A stretch of DNA of 64,000 nt from Nitrososphaerota archaeon (GTDB lineage: Archaea > Thermoproteota > Nitrososphaeria_A > Caldarchaeales > Caldarchaeaceae): positions 288,001 through 352,000 of the forward strand of contig JBEPYN010000002.1 in NCBI GenBank assembly GCA_041641305.1, written 5' to 3'. Under the pieces are notes generated by a model, which searched no databases, was not told where the DNA came from, and was given only the letters and a program-made list of their open reading frames with translations. Position 1 is the first letter of the stretch. Each line of letters starts with the position of its first letter. Of this stretch, positions 29,309-39,150 are shown piece after piece. Both the position numbers and the translations under genes were made by a program.

Positions 29309-30135
29309 TTTTTCACCTCAAGCTTCTTCGACTCCTTTTTGAGGTTCCATCTTGTTGGATCAAAATGTTCAAGGTAAAAATCTTTCCTTATCCATCCCGT
29401 GACCATTGCCTTCAAAATAGGCCAGTTCACAGGAAGTACAGCGAAATAAACATGGCCAATCACCATACCTATCGTTAATGCTGCAAAAAGGTCGTGGAGA
29501 ACTCGGAATAGATGCTCAATTTCATAAGGTATTTGAGGTATTAGCCCATATGGATTCCAAAAATAGAGACCGGTGATGCCTAAAACTACAAGAGCTATTG
29601 TAAGACCCCAATGGAAAGTCTTCATGAATACATCATATTTCGGGATTGGTTTGTATTCTCTTACAAGTCCGAGAAAGTGTTTTGTTCTTACCCAACCGTC
29701 ACTAAGATCTTTTAAACCTATCCATATGTTCCACCATCCCTTTTTCACACCCACATCCCAGACAACATGTATAACTAGTAATCCAAGTAGGGACCATGCC
29801 ATGTTAACATGCCAGAAAATCTTAGCCTGCGTTCCCTCTATTCCCAAGGGCGCTAGAAAAGGGTCAAAGACGTTTGGAAAATATAATGCTAGCCCTGTTA
29901 GAGTCATTATACCAAGCGTTACAAAATTAAGCCAGTGAAAAAGTCTTTGAACAGGATCAAAAGCACTTATTTTTTCAGGCGTTACCTCCGGGACCATTGT
30001 TGGTGTCGGTCGGGGTTGTCTGAAAGCTCGTCTGAACCAATGGACTACGTATACTGCTACAAAGGCTAGGATTATGGCAGTGAATATTTCTGGGCTGAGG
30101 CGGACAAGTTGTGTAGTGAAATCGCCTTCAGCCAT
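29305..30135 (-). CDS. Di-heme cytochrome b (FdnI/HyaC-like) with extra N-terminal TM helix
   Basis: QRLFHWL, FWHVNMAW, PKYD, RVLHDLFA, IGHVYFA and LKAMVTGW match FdnI-type heme-ligand spacing. Confidence 0.87.
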   Translation of the reverse strand: MAEGDFTTQLVRLSPEIFTAIILAFVAVYVVHWFRRAFRQPRPTPTMVPEVTPEKISAFDPVQRLFHWLNFVTLGIMTLTGLALYFPNVFDPFLAPLGIEGTQAKIFWHVNMAWSLLGLLVIHVVWDVGVKKGWWNIWIGLKDLSDGWVRTKHFLGLVREYKPIPKYDVFMKTFHWGLTIALVVLGITGLYFWNPYGLIPQIPYEIEHLFRVLHDLFAALTIGMVIGHVYFAVLPVNWPILKAMVTGWIRKDFYLEHFDPTRWNLKKESKKLEVKK

Positions 30136-30237
30136 GCCTCGGAAATTTATTTTGATAGATATAAGCATTGTCAATTAACACGAATATGGATATTACAAAA
30201 ATTTTTATATATATTGTAAGTTAGTGTAAGTTTACAC
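30136..30237. promoter_or_regulatory. Divergent AT-rich promoter region between cytochrome b and Mo-hydroxylase operon
   Basis: TTTTTATATATA box about 25 nt upstream of ATG 30238; inverted repeats TTACAA...TTGTAA and GTGTAA-gt-TTACAC. Confidence 0.55.
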
Positions 30238-30876
30238 ATGATAAAACGGGGAGGAGGTCTCTCGAGGCGGGATTTTATCAAACTCTCCGTCACATCATCT
30301 TCACTGATTTCGGTGGCTGCGATAACTAGGCCGAACACATCTGTAGCCGCTCAGGAACCAGCGCAGCTCAAACAAACAGGTATTGAAGCTGCTTTTGCAT
30401 CACGCACAATTAGGATGCGTGTAAACGGGAAGGAATACTCTGCAATAGTTAATCCGTATGACACCCTTGTCAACGTCTTGAGAGAACAGCTTGGACTAAT
30501 AGCTACTAAACGTCCATGCAATAGAGGGGAATGTGGAGGCTGCACAGTCTTAGTAAACGGTGTCCCGATCCTTTCATGTACTTACCTAGCGGTGAGGGCA
30601 GATGGCAAGGAAATACTAACCGCTGAGGGGAGGGATTATGATCCAGTGTTGAAAACTTTACAGGATGCTTGGGTGGAAAAGGATGCAAGTCAATGTGGTT
30701 ATTGTCAACCGGGTCAGCTTATGTCAGCTACTGCCCTGTTGAAAAAGAACCCTAACCCGACAATATCAGAAATAAAGATGGCTATGAGCGGAAACCTATG
30801 CAGATGCGGAACGTATATGAATATTATTGAAGCAATACAGCTTGCCTCAGCTCGTTTGAGAGGTGGGAGCGCATGA
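30238..30876 (+). CDS. Tat-signal 2x[2Fe-2S] subunit of Mo-hydroxylase (PaoA/YagT-like)
   Basis: SRRDFIK twin-arginine motif, CNRGECGGC...SC, QCGYCQPG, GNLCRC. Confidence 0.92.
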   Translation: MIKRGGGLSRRDFIKLSVTSSSLISVAAITRPNTSVAAQEPAQLKQTGIEAAFASRTIRMRVNGKEYSAIVNPYDTLVNVLREQLGLIATKRPCNRGECGGCTVLVNGVPILSCTYLAVRADGKEILTAEGRDYDPVLKTLQDAWVEKDASQCGYCQPGQLMSATALLKKNPNPTISEIKMAMSGNLCRCGTYMNIIEAIQLASARLRGGSA

Positions 30877-33227
30877 GCGAGCCGCTGCCGGTTGTTGGGA
30901 TAAAAAAGGAACGCTACGCACTAGTTGGTAATCCGTCTATTCTCCGTGTTGATACGATGGGAAAAATAACAGGAAAATCTGTTTACACGTATGATATCAA
31001 CCCCTCCCACGTAGGAGAGTCAAGGTTTGTTTACATGGGATATGTGAGGAGCCCACATCCGCACGCTATAATTAAAAACATTGATACAAGCTTGGCTGAA
31101 GCCAGGGGATATGCCGTTGTAACTGCGCGTGATCTACCTAGATTTTCACTTGTAGGTGCAAGGCCGCATACCCCGCTACCTATTGACAGAGTTAGATACA
31201 TCGGTGAACCGGTGGCAGCGGTGGGCGCCCTCTCTCCCAATGAGGTGGAGGAAGCTATTGATCTTGTAAAGGTAGAGTATGAGCCGCTTCCTTTTGTTAT
31301 GGACCAGGAAGAGGCATTGAAGCCTGACGCTCCGAGGATATGGCCTGATGGAAACGTAGCTGGAGGTGGATTTAACCCAGAAACGGGGCCAGTTCCTCCA
31401 ACTATAACGATCAAATATGGCGATATAGAGGCCGGATTCAGAGAAGCTGATGAAATCGTCGAGGCTAAGATAGAGACACAGATAGAGCAACATTACGAGA
31501 TGGAGCCTCGAGCGATAGTTGCCTACTGGAGAGGTGGAAAACTTTACTTCAGGTATAGCGGCCAGTTTGCCCACAGCGCTCAGGCAGCTGTTGCAAACTA
31601 TTTCAGGATGCCTCTAACAGACGTTATCTTCTCCACAAGCCTAGGAGGAGAGTCGGGACATGTACTGGGCATGGCTCTGGGAAACAAGTCGGCACCCATA
31701 GAGGACTTGATTGTTGTAGCAACAATGGCGAGAACAACTGGCGCCGCAGTTAAGTATGGTCCGACAAGATTCGATAATGCCTTAGCCCCTCACCAAAGGT
31801 TCCCAATAAGAGGCTATATCAAGTTTGGAGGAAAAAGGGATGGAACATTCACAGCAATGCAGGCGCGACTAGTCATCAACGTAGGTGCATACGGCGGATC
31901 ACAGGGATCTGATGCGATTTCCGACTTCTATCATGCTTACACCGTTCCAAACGTCTCGCTGGAGGCAATATCTGCAAACACGAACGCCTTCGGATACTCA
32001 GGACCTATGAGAGATGTAGGTGAATCACAGGGGCACTTCATTCTAGAAGTGGGCGTAGACATGCTCGCTGAAAAACTTGGGATAGACCCTGTAGAGTTTA
32101 GGCTAAAGAACATGAGGACCAAGGAGAATGCAATAGATCCGGTCACCGGAAACAGGTATACCGGCTTCGGCCAGCCAGAGGCTTTCCTTAGAGCTATGGA
32201 GAAATTCCGATGGAAAGAGAGATGGAAAGGCTGGGGGGCCCCTTCATCAGTCAATGGGACAAAGAGACGTGGCGTAGGCGTATCGCTCCTAAACGCGGCA
32301 AAAGGAGCAGCATCTCCACCCATAACAGGCCAGATCGAGGTTGCACCTGATGGAACGGTGACGTTTTACACAGGGTTAACTGACCATGGTGCCGGAGGAA
32401 GAACTTCATTCGCAATCATGACTGCTGAGGCCCTTGGGCTCACATCACTTGAAAACGTAAAAGTGGTTTCATCAGACACGTCAGTCACCACAAACTCCGG
32501 AGTTACTGCTGGAAGCCGCTCAACACGTGTAGCGGGACTCGCGATAGTTAAGGCAGTCGAAGACCTTAAGAGGCAATGGTTTCCAATTATCGCTGAGAAG
32601 CTGGGCGTAAAACCAGAAGACCTTGAATTCGGCGACAACAGGGTCTACGTCAAAAACGACCCAGCCAAAGGAATGTCATTTAAAGAGGCGGCCGCACTGC
32701 TCAAAGCCCCTATAAAAGGATACGGCACATTCACACTACCTCAAGGAATAGTATCAAGAGTAGGCGGCGTCAAATTCGTAGAGGTAGAGGTGGATGTTGT
32801 AAGCGGCGAGGTACACGTAACAGAGTATGTCTCCGGGATGGACATAGGACGGGTTATTTTCTGGAAAGGTGCAGAAAGCCAAGTTAGAGGAGGTTTCGTC
32901 GGCATGGGCATGGGTGAAACATTCTTCCAAGAAATAATCCTTGATCCAGTTACAGGCGGCTATCTCAACCCCAACCTCCATGACTTCCGTATCCCAACCA
33001 TCATGGAGGCTCCCGACAAGATTGACTACCATTGGGAGGAATACCATGACCCAATATCAGGGTTCGGGGAGAAAGGAATTGGAGAAAATGTGTTAACAGG
33101 TGTGAGTCCCGTTATTGCAAACGCCCTCAGTAATGCGCTTGGCGGCTATAGGTTCACAAAACTGCCTATTAATAAGAAAGATATCATGGAAGCAATAGCT
33201 TGGATGCGGAGGAGGGGGATGATATGA
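30873..33227 (+). CDS. Mo-hydroxylase molybdopterin-binding large subunit (PaoC-like)
   Basis: VRSPHPHA, MEPR, TAGSR, KGIGE (catalytic Glu). The active-site loop is GPMRDVGESQG. Confidence 0.92.
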   Translation: MSEPLPVVGIKKERYALVGNPSILRVDTMGKITGKSVYTYDINPSHVGESRFVYMGYVRSPHPHAIIKNIDTSLAEARGYAVVTARDLPRFSLVGARPHTPLPIDRVRYIGEPVAAVGALSPNEVEEAIDLVKVEYEPLPFVMDQEEALKPDAPRIWPDGNVAGGGFNPETGPVPPTITIKYGDIEAGFREADEIVEAKIETQIEQHYEMEPRAIVAYWRGGKLYFRYSGQFAHSAQAAVANYFRMPLTDVIFSTSLGGESGHVLGMALGNKSAPIEDLIVVATMARTTGAAVKYGPTRFDNALAPHQRFPIRGYIKFGGKRDGTFTAMQARLVINVGAYGGSQGSDAISDFYHAYTVPNVSLEAISANTNAFGYSGPMRDVGESQGHFILEVGVDMLAEKLGIDPVEFRLKNMRTKENAIDPVTGNRYTGFGQPEAFLRAMEKFRWKERWKGWGAPSSVNGTKRRGVGVSLLNAAKGAASPPITGQIEVAPDGTVTFYTGLTDHGAGGRTSFAIMTAEALGLTSLENVKVVSSDTSVTTNSGVTAGSRSTRVAGLAIVKAVEDLKRQWFPIIAEKLGVKPEDLEFGDNRVYVKNDPAKGMSFKEAAALLKAPIKGYGTFTLPQGIVSRVGGVKFVEVEVDVVSGEVHVTEYVSGMDIGRVIFWKGAESQVRGGFVGMGMGETFFQEIILDPVTGGYLNPNLHDFRIPTIMEAPDKIDYHWEEYHDPISGFGEKGIGENVLTGVSPVIANALSNALGGYRFTKLPINKKDIMEAIAWMRRRGMI

Positions 33228-34228
33228 GAAGTGAAGTAAAAAGAATGGGCCTTCTCCAGCCTTCGACACTACAAGAAGCAGTTAGCTTACTTGACCGTTT
33301 TGGTAACGAGGCGAAAATTGTAGCAGGCGGAACAGACCTACTATATCTGGTGAAGAACGGCGTAAAATCGCATATACCGCAGCTCATGATTGACATCTCT
33401 GGACTTGGACTCTCTTACATAAACTTCGATGGAGAAGGGCTAAGGATAGGTGCAACAACGCATCTTAGCGAGGTTGCGGAGAATGATATCGTTAGGGAAC
33501 GTTTCACAGTCTTGGCCGAGGCAGCGGAGAGAGCGGCATCTCCACAGCTTAGGAACATGGCTACAATAGGTGGCGACCTTCTCCAAGAGGTCTGGTGCTG
33601 GTATCTGCGCTACAACTATGACTGCTGGCGAAACGGTGGAACAATCTGCTATGGAGCCATAGGCGACAACCGTTTTTACCACAGTATTTTCGGCGGCAGA
33701 CTATGCTACGCAGTTCACCCCGGAGATATTGCGCCAGCACTGTTTGCTCTAAACGCGCGCGTTGTGATAGCGGGACCAAGCGGAGAGAAAACTTTAAGGA
33801 TGGATGAGTTTATGCCCGGTATAGTTTTGGTCGACGGAAGAATAAAGGAAAACGTGTTAAGACGCAACGAAATTTTAAAGGAGGTTATTGTACCCACACC
33901 CCCAGCAGGCACCAAGTCGGCTTACTACAAAATTGCGGAGAGAGGGTCAATTGATTTTGCCTTGGCAAGTGTAGCAGTAGTAGCTAACATGAATGGTTCT
34001 ACAGTCAATAACATAAGCATCGTATTAGGCGGTGTTGACGTGAAGCCCAGACGCGCCAAGGACGCCGAAACATTTCTTCAAGGAAAAACGCTCAACGAAG
34101 AAAACATAACGAGAGCTGCAGACCTTGCCGTGCACGATGCACAACCACTTGCCATCGGCACCGGAAACGCATTCAGAGTAGAGATTGCACGGGGCGCAGT
34201 GACAAAAGCGCTGACCAAACTCATTTAA
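33224..34228 (+). CDS. Mo-hydroxylase FAD subunit with [4Fe-4S] insert (PaoB/HcrB-like)
   Basis: AGGTDL, ASPQLRNMATIGG, four Cys in CWYLR...DC...IC...LCYAVHPGD. Confidence 0.9.
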   Translation: MRSEVKRMGLLQPSTLQEAVSLLDRFGNEAKIVAGGTDLLYLVKNGVKSHIPQLMIDISGLGLSYINFDGEGLRIGATTHLSEVAENDIVRERFTVLAEAAERAASPQLRNMATIGGDLLQEVWCWYLRYNYDCWRNGGTICYGAIGDNRFYHSIFGGRLCYAVHPGDIAPALFALNARVVIAGPSGEKTLRMDEFMPGIVLVDGRIKENVLRRNEILKEVIVPTPPAGTKSAYYKIAERGSIDFALASVAVVANMNGSTVNNISIVLGGVDVKPRRAKDAETFLQGKTLNEENITRAADLAVHDAQPLAIGTGNAFRVEIARGAVTKALTKLI

Positions 34229-34238
34229 CTTACAGAGT

Positions 34239-34454
34239 ATGTCTGAAGAACTCTCAATAGACGACATATACAAAAAACATAGAGGATTCTGGGTCGCCTT
34301 ACTGGTTACAGCAAGAGACGAAAACGGCCAACCTGTGAGAGGAAAAGTGGTCTGCACAGACATTGATCGATACAGACTTAGACAGGAAACCAGGGGCTAC
34401 AAAGAATTATGTATATTTTATGCAGGTGATCCAGAATATCCACTATTAGTTTGA
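34239..34454 (+). CDS. Small protein resembling the DUF5678-like partners of retropepsin-like genes
   Basis: IDDIYKKHRGFWVALLVT..DENGQPVRGKVV; translationally coupled (TTGA) to the next gene. Confidence 0.6.
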   Translation: MSEELSIDDIYKKHRGFWVALLVTARDENGQPVRGKVVCTDIDRYRLRQETRGYKELCIFYAGDPEYPLLV

Positions 34455-34867
34455 AACTCAAGTCGAGTTCGAAACTTTTTCCAAGTTTATTTGTCTCCTT
34501 AAAAGGACGAGGGGAGTTGACTAGAGAGTATCTCGCTTTACTTTCGACCACGACCGAATACTGCGTCATGCCGCGGGTGGATGCATACATGCTTGGTTAT
34601 CCCGAAGCCATATCAGACACCATGACAGAAATGATAACTAGACCGAACTATGTTACAACACTCGCATCCGTCAACAGCTTCGTTGACGCACCTCTGCTAT
34701 CAATGAAAGAAGTAACGATAGGACAACTTACCGTCAAAAACCTCGAATTCATAGCATTTGACCTGCCCCAAGAAACTAGAATAGACGCAATTCTAGGGAG
34801 AAATTTCCTCGAAAGGGTAAAAGCAAAAATAGACTACCACAATAGGGTTATCGAACTTGAGGGCTAA
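34451..34867 (+). CDS. Retropepsin-like (clan AA) protein, catalytic DTG replaced by STT
   Basis: YLALLSTTTEYCVM...AYMLGY...VTIG...IDAILGRNFL...IDY. Confidence 0.7.
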   Translation: MKLKSSSKLFPSLFVSLKGRGELTREYLALLSTTTEYCVMPRVDAYMLGYPEAISDTMTEMITRPNYVTTLASVNSFVDAPLLSMKEVTIGQLTVKNLEFIAFDLPQETRIDAILGRNFLERVKAKIDYHNRVIELEG

Positions 34868-35294
34868 GCTCATCCACGATTATCCAGCCATATGCATTTG
34901 TCGAGTCAAGGGGGTAAACAACTATGTCAGAGAGATACCTACACTGATCAACTTAAGTTACTGCAATAGCATTATGAACAGGACCACGGCAGCAGAACTT
35001 GGATACGCAGATGTAACATCACGCATTCAAGAACTTGAAGAATTATACCATGATAGCAAAGTTAAATATTTTTTAACATTAAAAGGCATAGAACGAGCTT
35101 ACATAATCAAGCTAAAACAGGTCACAATGGGTAAAATAATACGTCGCAACTTTCCCGTGGCTGTATTAGAAGAAGAGCTCAACCCCCACCTACCTGTAGA
35201 CATGATCCTCGGATTAGATTTTTTCAAAAACTGTAACGTTGTAATCGATTCAGGGAAAAAGAAAATCAAGGTGGGCTTTTCAAGAGAAAGGTAA
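34857..35294 (+). CDS. Second retropepsin-like protein, catalytic DTG replaced by NLS
   Basis: IPTLINLSYCNSIM...AAELGY...VTMG...VDMILGLDFF...VID. Confidence 0.7.
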   Translation: MRAKLIHDYPAICICRVKGVNNYVREIPTLINLSYCNSIMNRTTAAELGYADVTSRIQELEELYHDSKVKYFLTLKGIERAYIIKLKQVTMGKIIRRNFPVAVLEEELNPHLPVDMILGLDFFKNCNVVIDSGKKKIKVGFSRER

Positions 35295-35907
35295 GGCGAT
35301 TGGAAGAAAGCTGAAAATCGCTAGCCATCTCGAGACCAACAGTGGTATGCAAAAGTTTAGAGATAGGTAAACATCTCACTCTCCCCCACAACACTTTATT
35401 CTCGCCCACAAACAAGGGTGTCGAATGTACATCTGTTTCCCTGTTTTCACTCGTCAATATGTAAAGATGATTGGGTGAAATCTCCTCAGCAAATTGTTCA
35501 AGGGTTTCTTTTTGCATGTCTACATCGGAAAAGGAAACATAAATATACCTATGAGGTATCTTCATTACTGCAAATATGTTTAATGTTCCAAGCTTCTTGT
35601 CAACTCTGTTAAGTACGCTGGAAGCCCCGCCTTCACCGGCGTATTCTCTCCTCAAGTATTCTTCAACAAACTCAATCAATAACTCCAAATCCATAGTCAC
35701 ATGAATTTCATCACCTGTCTTTGAAATCTGTAGCCGTCCTTTCAATTTTTCTAATACATCTCTAACCAAGTCGTCTTGGTAACTATCCGATGAAGAGCCG
35801 AAATGAATTTTTGGCATACTTCCTATTTCAGTAACCGCCTGTAACAAGAAAGGGAAAAGCCCCAGAAGGACTTTTCTTCTCATCTCGTAGGTGCTGGGGT
35901 CTGACAC
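35266..35907 (-). CDS. Hypothetical protein (possible degenerate restriction-endonuclease-like fold)
   Basis: 213-aa ORF with a TTAAT-type box upstream; no recognisable catalytic motif. Confidence 0.6.
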   Translation of the reverse strand: MSDPSTYEMRRKVLLGLFPFLLQAVTEIGSMPKIHFGSSSDSYQDDLVRDVLEKLKGRLQISKTGDEIHVTMDLELLIEFVEEYLRREYAGEGGASSVLNRVDKKLGTLNIFAVMKIPHRYIYVSFSDVDMQKETLEQFAEEISPNHLYILTSENRETDVHSTPLFVGENKVLWGRVRCLPISKLLHTTVGLEMASDFQLSSNRLTFLLKSPP

Positions 35908-36317
35908 AACGTAGCTTCTTGTGGTCGATTAATGAATTTTTCTGTCCAACCACAAGGCGTGGTCAACCAGATATTTCTCCTCTTCCTTCTCATGGATTGA
36001 GTTTTAGTTTGTGTATCAGCGCTGTTGCAGATGCTATACTCTTTATCAGATATTTGGCGAATAATAGTAGGTTATGAAAAGAGTTGGATAATGGAGACAG
36101 CAATATCGGTTAAATTCGATATTTGGTGAAGGAAACTTGTCGTAGAATCCAGGATGGATGAAAATGGAGCACAGAAGCATCCGCAGGAGGAGAGGAAATA
36201 ATGCGGTGGAATTAAGCCAGACCGACACTCAGTAACACTCTGCCTTCCTAGGATGAGCCATACCTTAAAAAGTAGAACATAGATAAGATATTTTACCTCT
36301 TGATTAAATCTTGCTAT

Positions 36318-37316
36318 ATGGTTCTTGCCGTTAGGACCAATGGTCTTGTGAAGGTTTACGATGGGGAGATAAGGGCGTTGGATGGTGTTGACTTGAGTGT
36401 TGAAGCTGGGACGGCTTTTGCGCTTCTAGGCCCTAATGGTGCTGGGAAAACCACACTTATGCGTATATTGACGACGCAGATTAGGCCTACCGCGGGCGAT
36501 GCGTATGTTTTTGGGTTAGATGTTGTTCGACAAGGGGGTAAAGTCAGGAGGCTAATAAGTTATGTGCCCCAAGAGATGAGTGTCTGGACGGATATTAGTG
36601 GCTACGAGAATCTCCTAATATATGCGAAAATATTTGGTATACCTAGCCACGATAGAAGGATGGTTGTTGAAGAAGTTTTAGAAAACATGGGTTTAACACA
36701 TGTGAAAAATAAGCTTGTTGGAACATATTCGGGTGGGATGATTAGGAGGCTTGAGATAGCTTGTGCCATGCTAATAAAGCCCAAAATAATTTTTTTGGAT
36801 GAGCCGACAATTGGTTTAGATCCCGCAGCTAGAAAGATTGTTTGGGAGAGGCTTAAACTCTTCAAGAAAGAGTACGGAGTAACTATCTTCTTTAACACCC
36901 ACTATATGGATGAAGCCGAACTATACGCCGATGACTTAGCCATAATAAATCAGGGGAGGATAGTCGCGAGGGGTTCAAGCGAAGAGTTAAAACGTTCCTT
37001 GGGCGGCGAGATTATCGCATTTACCTTCAAGAAAGCTGTCTTCAAGCCTAAATCGACGCACGAAATCCGGAAATTAGGTTTCGTTAAAGACGTTTTTATA
37101 GAAGACGAGGGCTTAACTGTGTTTGTTGATGATGCTGAATCAGCGCTACCAATTTTAATAAATATATTGAAGAATGAAGGAATATTGGTGGAAAAAGTGT
37201 CCATCACTAAACCGACTTTGGATGATGTTTTCCTTAAATATGTTGGAACCAGGATTGTGGAGGTTGGAAGAATAAGCGAATTCAAACATATGCGCTACAT
37301 GATTATGAAGGGATAA
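36318..37316 (+). CDS. ABC-2 exporter ATPase (DrrA-like)
   Basis: GPNGAGKTT, YSGGM, FLDEPTIGLDP, THYMDEAE, PTLDDVF. Confidence 0.9.
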   Translation: MVLAVRTNGLVKVYDGEIRALDGVDLSVEAGTAFALLGPNGAGKTTLMRILTTQIRPTAGDAYVFGLDVVRQGGKVRRLISYVPQEMSVWTDISGYENLLIYAKIFGIPSHDRRMVVEEVLENMGLTHVKNKLVGTYSGGMIRRLEIACAMLIKPKIIFLDEPTIGLDPAARKIVWERLKLFKKEYGVTIFFNTHYMDEAELYADDLAIINQGRIVARGSSEELKRSLGGEIIAFTFKKAVFKPKSTHEIRKLGFVKDVFIEDEGLTVFVDDAESALPILINILKNEGILVEKVSITKPTLDDVFLKYVGTRIVEVGRISEFKHMRYMIMKG

Positions 37317-37319
37317 GCT

Positions 37320-38085
37320 ATGTTCGAAGGCCTGAACAACACGCTGGTCATGATTGAGCTGGAGTTGAGGAGGCTGCGTCACGACAGGACGGAGTTATAC
37401 TTTAGAGCTGTTCAGCCCATACTCTGGATAGTAATCTACGGCCCCGTGATGAGCAGTGTCAGGACCATACCCACCGGAGGGGTGCCATACACAGATTTTA
37501 TAACTCCAGGTATCATGGTTCAAACGACGACGTTCGTGAGCATATTCTATGGTTTGATGATGGTTTGGGAACGGGACTCTGGCATTCTTAAGAAGTTGCT
37601 TGTCACACCAGCTTCTAGATATTCAACAGTTATTGGCCGCGCTATGGCTTCGGGCGTTAGAGCGCTGTTCCAGGCCCTAATAATACTCCCCATAGCCCTA
37701 GTGATAGGCGTACGTTTTATACCCAACCCAGCCTACCTCATCCTTGCCTTGACCATAATATTCTTCTCCTCAGGCGGATTCGCAGCCATATCAATACTAG
37801 TGGCCTCCTTCATGAAAACTAGGGATGAGGTTTTTAGGATTAGGACAGGCCATAATTATGCCGCTATTCTTCGCGAGCAACGCCCTATACCCCACCCAGA
37901 TAATGCCCCCAATCCTGAGAGAACTCTCAACCTTCAACCCTCTAAGTTATGTCGTCGACGCAGTAAGAGGGCTATTAATTACGGGCGAACTTTCAAATCT
38001 GATAATAGATCTGATTGCTATCACTATTTTCGACGCATTGTTATTCATTTTAGCGTCCATAAGTTTCAGACGCATCATAGAATGA
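37320..38085 (+). pseudogene. ABC-2 exporter permease (DrrB-like) with +1 frameshift near 37826
   Basis: The N-part ...ASFMKTR continues in the other frame as RFLGLGQ...FFASNALYP...FNPLSYVVDAVR. Removing one T restores TRERFLG. Confidence 0.85.
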
Positions 38086-38267
38086 GGCCTATTGTCATCC
38101 TGAAGTAGGCTTGAACAAGGGAATTTACAGTGGAAATATTTCTCCTCCAAGTTGGAGGGGCTTAAGAGGCCGTGTGAGGCTAAGCGCCTAGATCAGGCCT
38201 AGCGTGAGAAAGAAGCGTATCGAAAATTTGTTGGGCTGGTTAGTCTTTCGTTATAATGGGCTGGCCG

Positions 38268-39053
38268 TCAACTAAGTATTACGCTTCCTTGTGCCTTTAG
38301 GTCTATAGAGGTCGTCAGGTTTTTCCAAGTTTTTTGAAGCGTGAGGTCACTCAACGTCATCCATGAGTTCCTTGATTTAGAGCATATGGTGTATATTAGG
38401 TAGTTGTGGGAGATAGCAGTTCTACCATTGCACATATCCATTTGATAGCTTTTTATTGTTCTCAACGCATGTTTATCGTCCTCGTCTTCGATAAATCTGT
38501 TTAATATTTTGTCGAGCCACAGTCGTGATGGTGACAAGCCGTGGGAATAGAGAAGGTTAGCAGTTTCTCTTATGGACTTCCGTTCCCGAGGGCTTGTTGA
38601 AACTGCCGGCAGCTTCGCAGTTATGTCTTCGTATTGACAGACTTCAATCATCATCATAAGTACGTTACCCCAGAAGTTCATGAAAATGCTGCCTTCGTAT
38701 TCGATCACCCACCTCAGGGTTCTGCTCAGGTTCAGCTTTTTTAGCGGCTCGTCTTTAATACGTTGTCTAGGTTTAGCAGGCCACTCAAGAAGTGACAAGG
38801 CTATGTCTGAGAGTCTCTTGGGAAAGTAGGCGCCGAGACACCATGTATCTCCTGTACCTCTTACCGGGAAAACTGTCCTGATGAGCTGCTTGTCCGCAAG
38901 ATGTCTGAAGATCATCGGGTCTATGTTCCGCACCCCTATGGCCACTCCGTTATGGTGTCCATCGGTCAAGTATGTAGCCAGTAGTATCTCAAGTTTCTCC
39001 CATGTAGCTTCTGGAAGCTGCTGTACCACTGATTTATTGTCCCATAGATTCAT
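38268..39053 (-). CDS. Divergent double-motif LAGLIDADG-like protein
   Basis: LLATYLTDGH...IGVRNIDP (motif 1) and LRWVIEYEGSI (motif 2). Confidence 0.55.
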   Translation of the reverse strand: MNLWDNKSVVQQLPEATWEKLEILLATYLTDGHHNGVAIGVRNIDPMIFRHLADKQLIRTVFPVRGTGDTWCLGAYFPKRLSDIALSLLEWPAKPRQRIKDEPLKKLNLSRTLRWVIEYEGSIFMNFWGNVLMMMIEVCQYEDITAKLPAVSTSPRERKSIRETANLLYSHGLSPSRLWLDKILNRFIEDEDDKHALRTIKSYQMDMCNGRTAISHNYLIYTICSKSRNSWMTLSDLTLQKTWKNLTTSIDLKAQGSVILS

Positions 39054-39071
39054 TTCACAGTCACCTGATCA

Positions 39072-39150
39072 GCCATCCTCCTGCCGGGTAGCAGGATGGC
39101 GTGCAGGGCCTCTGAACTGATTCAGGGCACATTTCCCGGGTGCACCCGAG
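39072..39150. other. Three adjacent inverted repeats
   Basis: GCCATCCT/AGGATGGC (39072-39100), CTGAA/TTCAG with GCC/GGC (about 39108-39128), and the perfect palindrome CGGGTGCACCCG (39137-39148). Confidence 0.7.

Noticed and set aside
36130-36230. AbrB/MazE-like remnant (ESRMDENG...)
   Set aside because: Similarity is too short and interrupted to support.
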